Shown here: one piece after another, positions 63,847 through 64,000 of the stretch | Numbering within the stretch: the first letter of the stretch is position 1 | Layout of the letters: each line of letters starts with the position of its first letter | The notes under the pieces: model-generated | Told to the model about the DNA's origin: nothing | The model's input: only the letters and a program-made list of their open reading frames with translations | Database searches by the model: none | Program-made: the position numbers and the translations under genes | NCBI GenBank assembly: GCA_043801165.1 | Contig: JAZDMG010000007.1 | Location: 70,155 to 134,154 of the forward strand | Direction of reading: 5' to 3' | Origin: an archaeon | GTDB lineage: Archaea; Nanobdellota; Nanobdellia; Woesearchaeales; SM23-78 | Length of the DNA stretch: 64,000 nt

Positions 63847-64000
63847 TTAAATCTTGTTGAAGAGCTTCGAGAGCCAGATGCTCATCTTGCGATCCAGGAT
63901 GTTCATCCTTATGGTCAGGCGCTGGAAGAAAGTAGGATTGTTGAGAATTATGGAGAACTTGTTGTCAACCTGATAATTGTTCCCCTTGATATCCTGATAG
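63847..64000 (-). CDS. 3-prime end of an unidentified gene (runs off the window)
   Basis: The minus-strand frame is open from 64000 down to TAA at 63847-63849 (my translation ends ...RKMSIWLSKLFNKI*). Too short to identify. Confidence 0.35.
   Translation of the reverse strand, partial: YQDIKGNNYQVDNKFSIILNNPTFFQRLTIRMNILDRKMSIWLSKLFNKI

Overview
The window looks archaeal. Intergenic regions carry BRE/TATA-type promoters (CGAAA + TTTATATA), and many starts have GGAGG/GGTGAT Shine-Dalgarno motifs. Housekeeping genes include an XPD-type Fe-S helicase and a PIN-ATPase-KH protein. Reduced housekeeping content plus giant surface proteins suggests an uncultivated, possibly DPANN-like, lineage, but that is inference only. 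I found no rRNA, tRNA, CRISPR array, transposase or integrase. There are three blocks. (1) 1-14.5 kb is a signalling cluster: three tandem P-loop-less KaiC/RecA-like proteins, two stand-alone receivers, a 1330-aa multi-Cache polytopic histidine kinase, a HAMP protein and a six-PAS+GAF protein that lack transmitter domains but share a C-terminal coiled-coil motif, and two lipobox solute-binding proteins. (2) 14.7-52.4 kb is a ~38-kb cell-surface island bracketed by two paralogous giant proteins (3165 and 3125 aa). These are extremely rich in N-x-S/T sequons and carry a 38-Cys module, tandem Ig-like modules and DUF2341-like and CARDB domains. Between them lie five ~250-aa secreted paralogs (family A), two ~318-aa secreted paralogs (family B), four other large surface proteins and five small DNA-binding proteins. 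The key observation is that giant 1 ends in a family-A-like domain and giant 2 ends in a family-B domain. This suggests that the giants dock onto, or co-assemble with, structures built from the small paralogs. (3) 52.4-64 kb is housekeeping: XPD, a TrmB-like regulator, nitroreductase, an SDR, serS, a fused pyrB-pyrI and the PIN-ATPase-KH gene.
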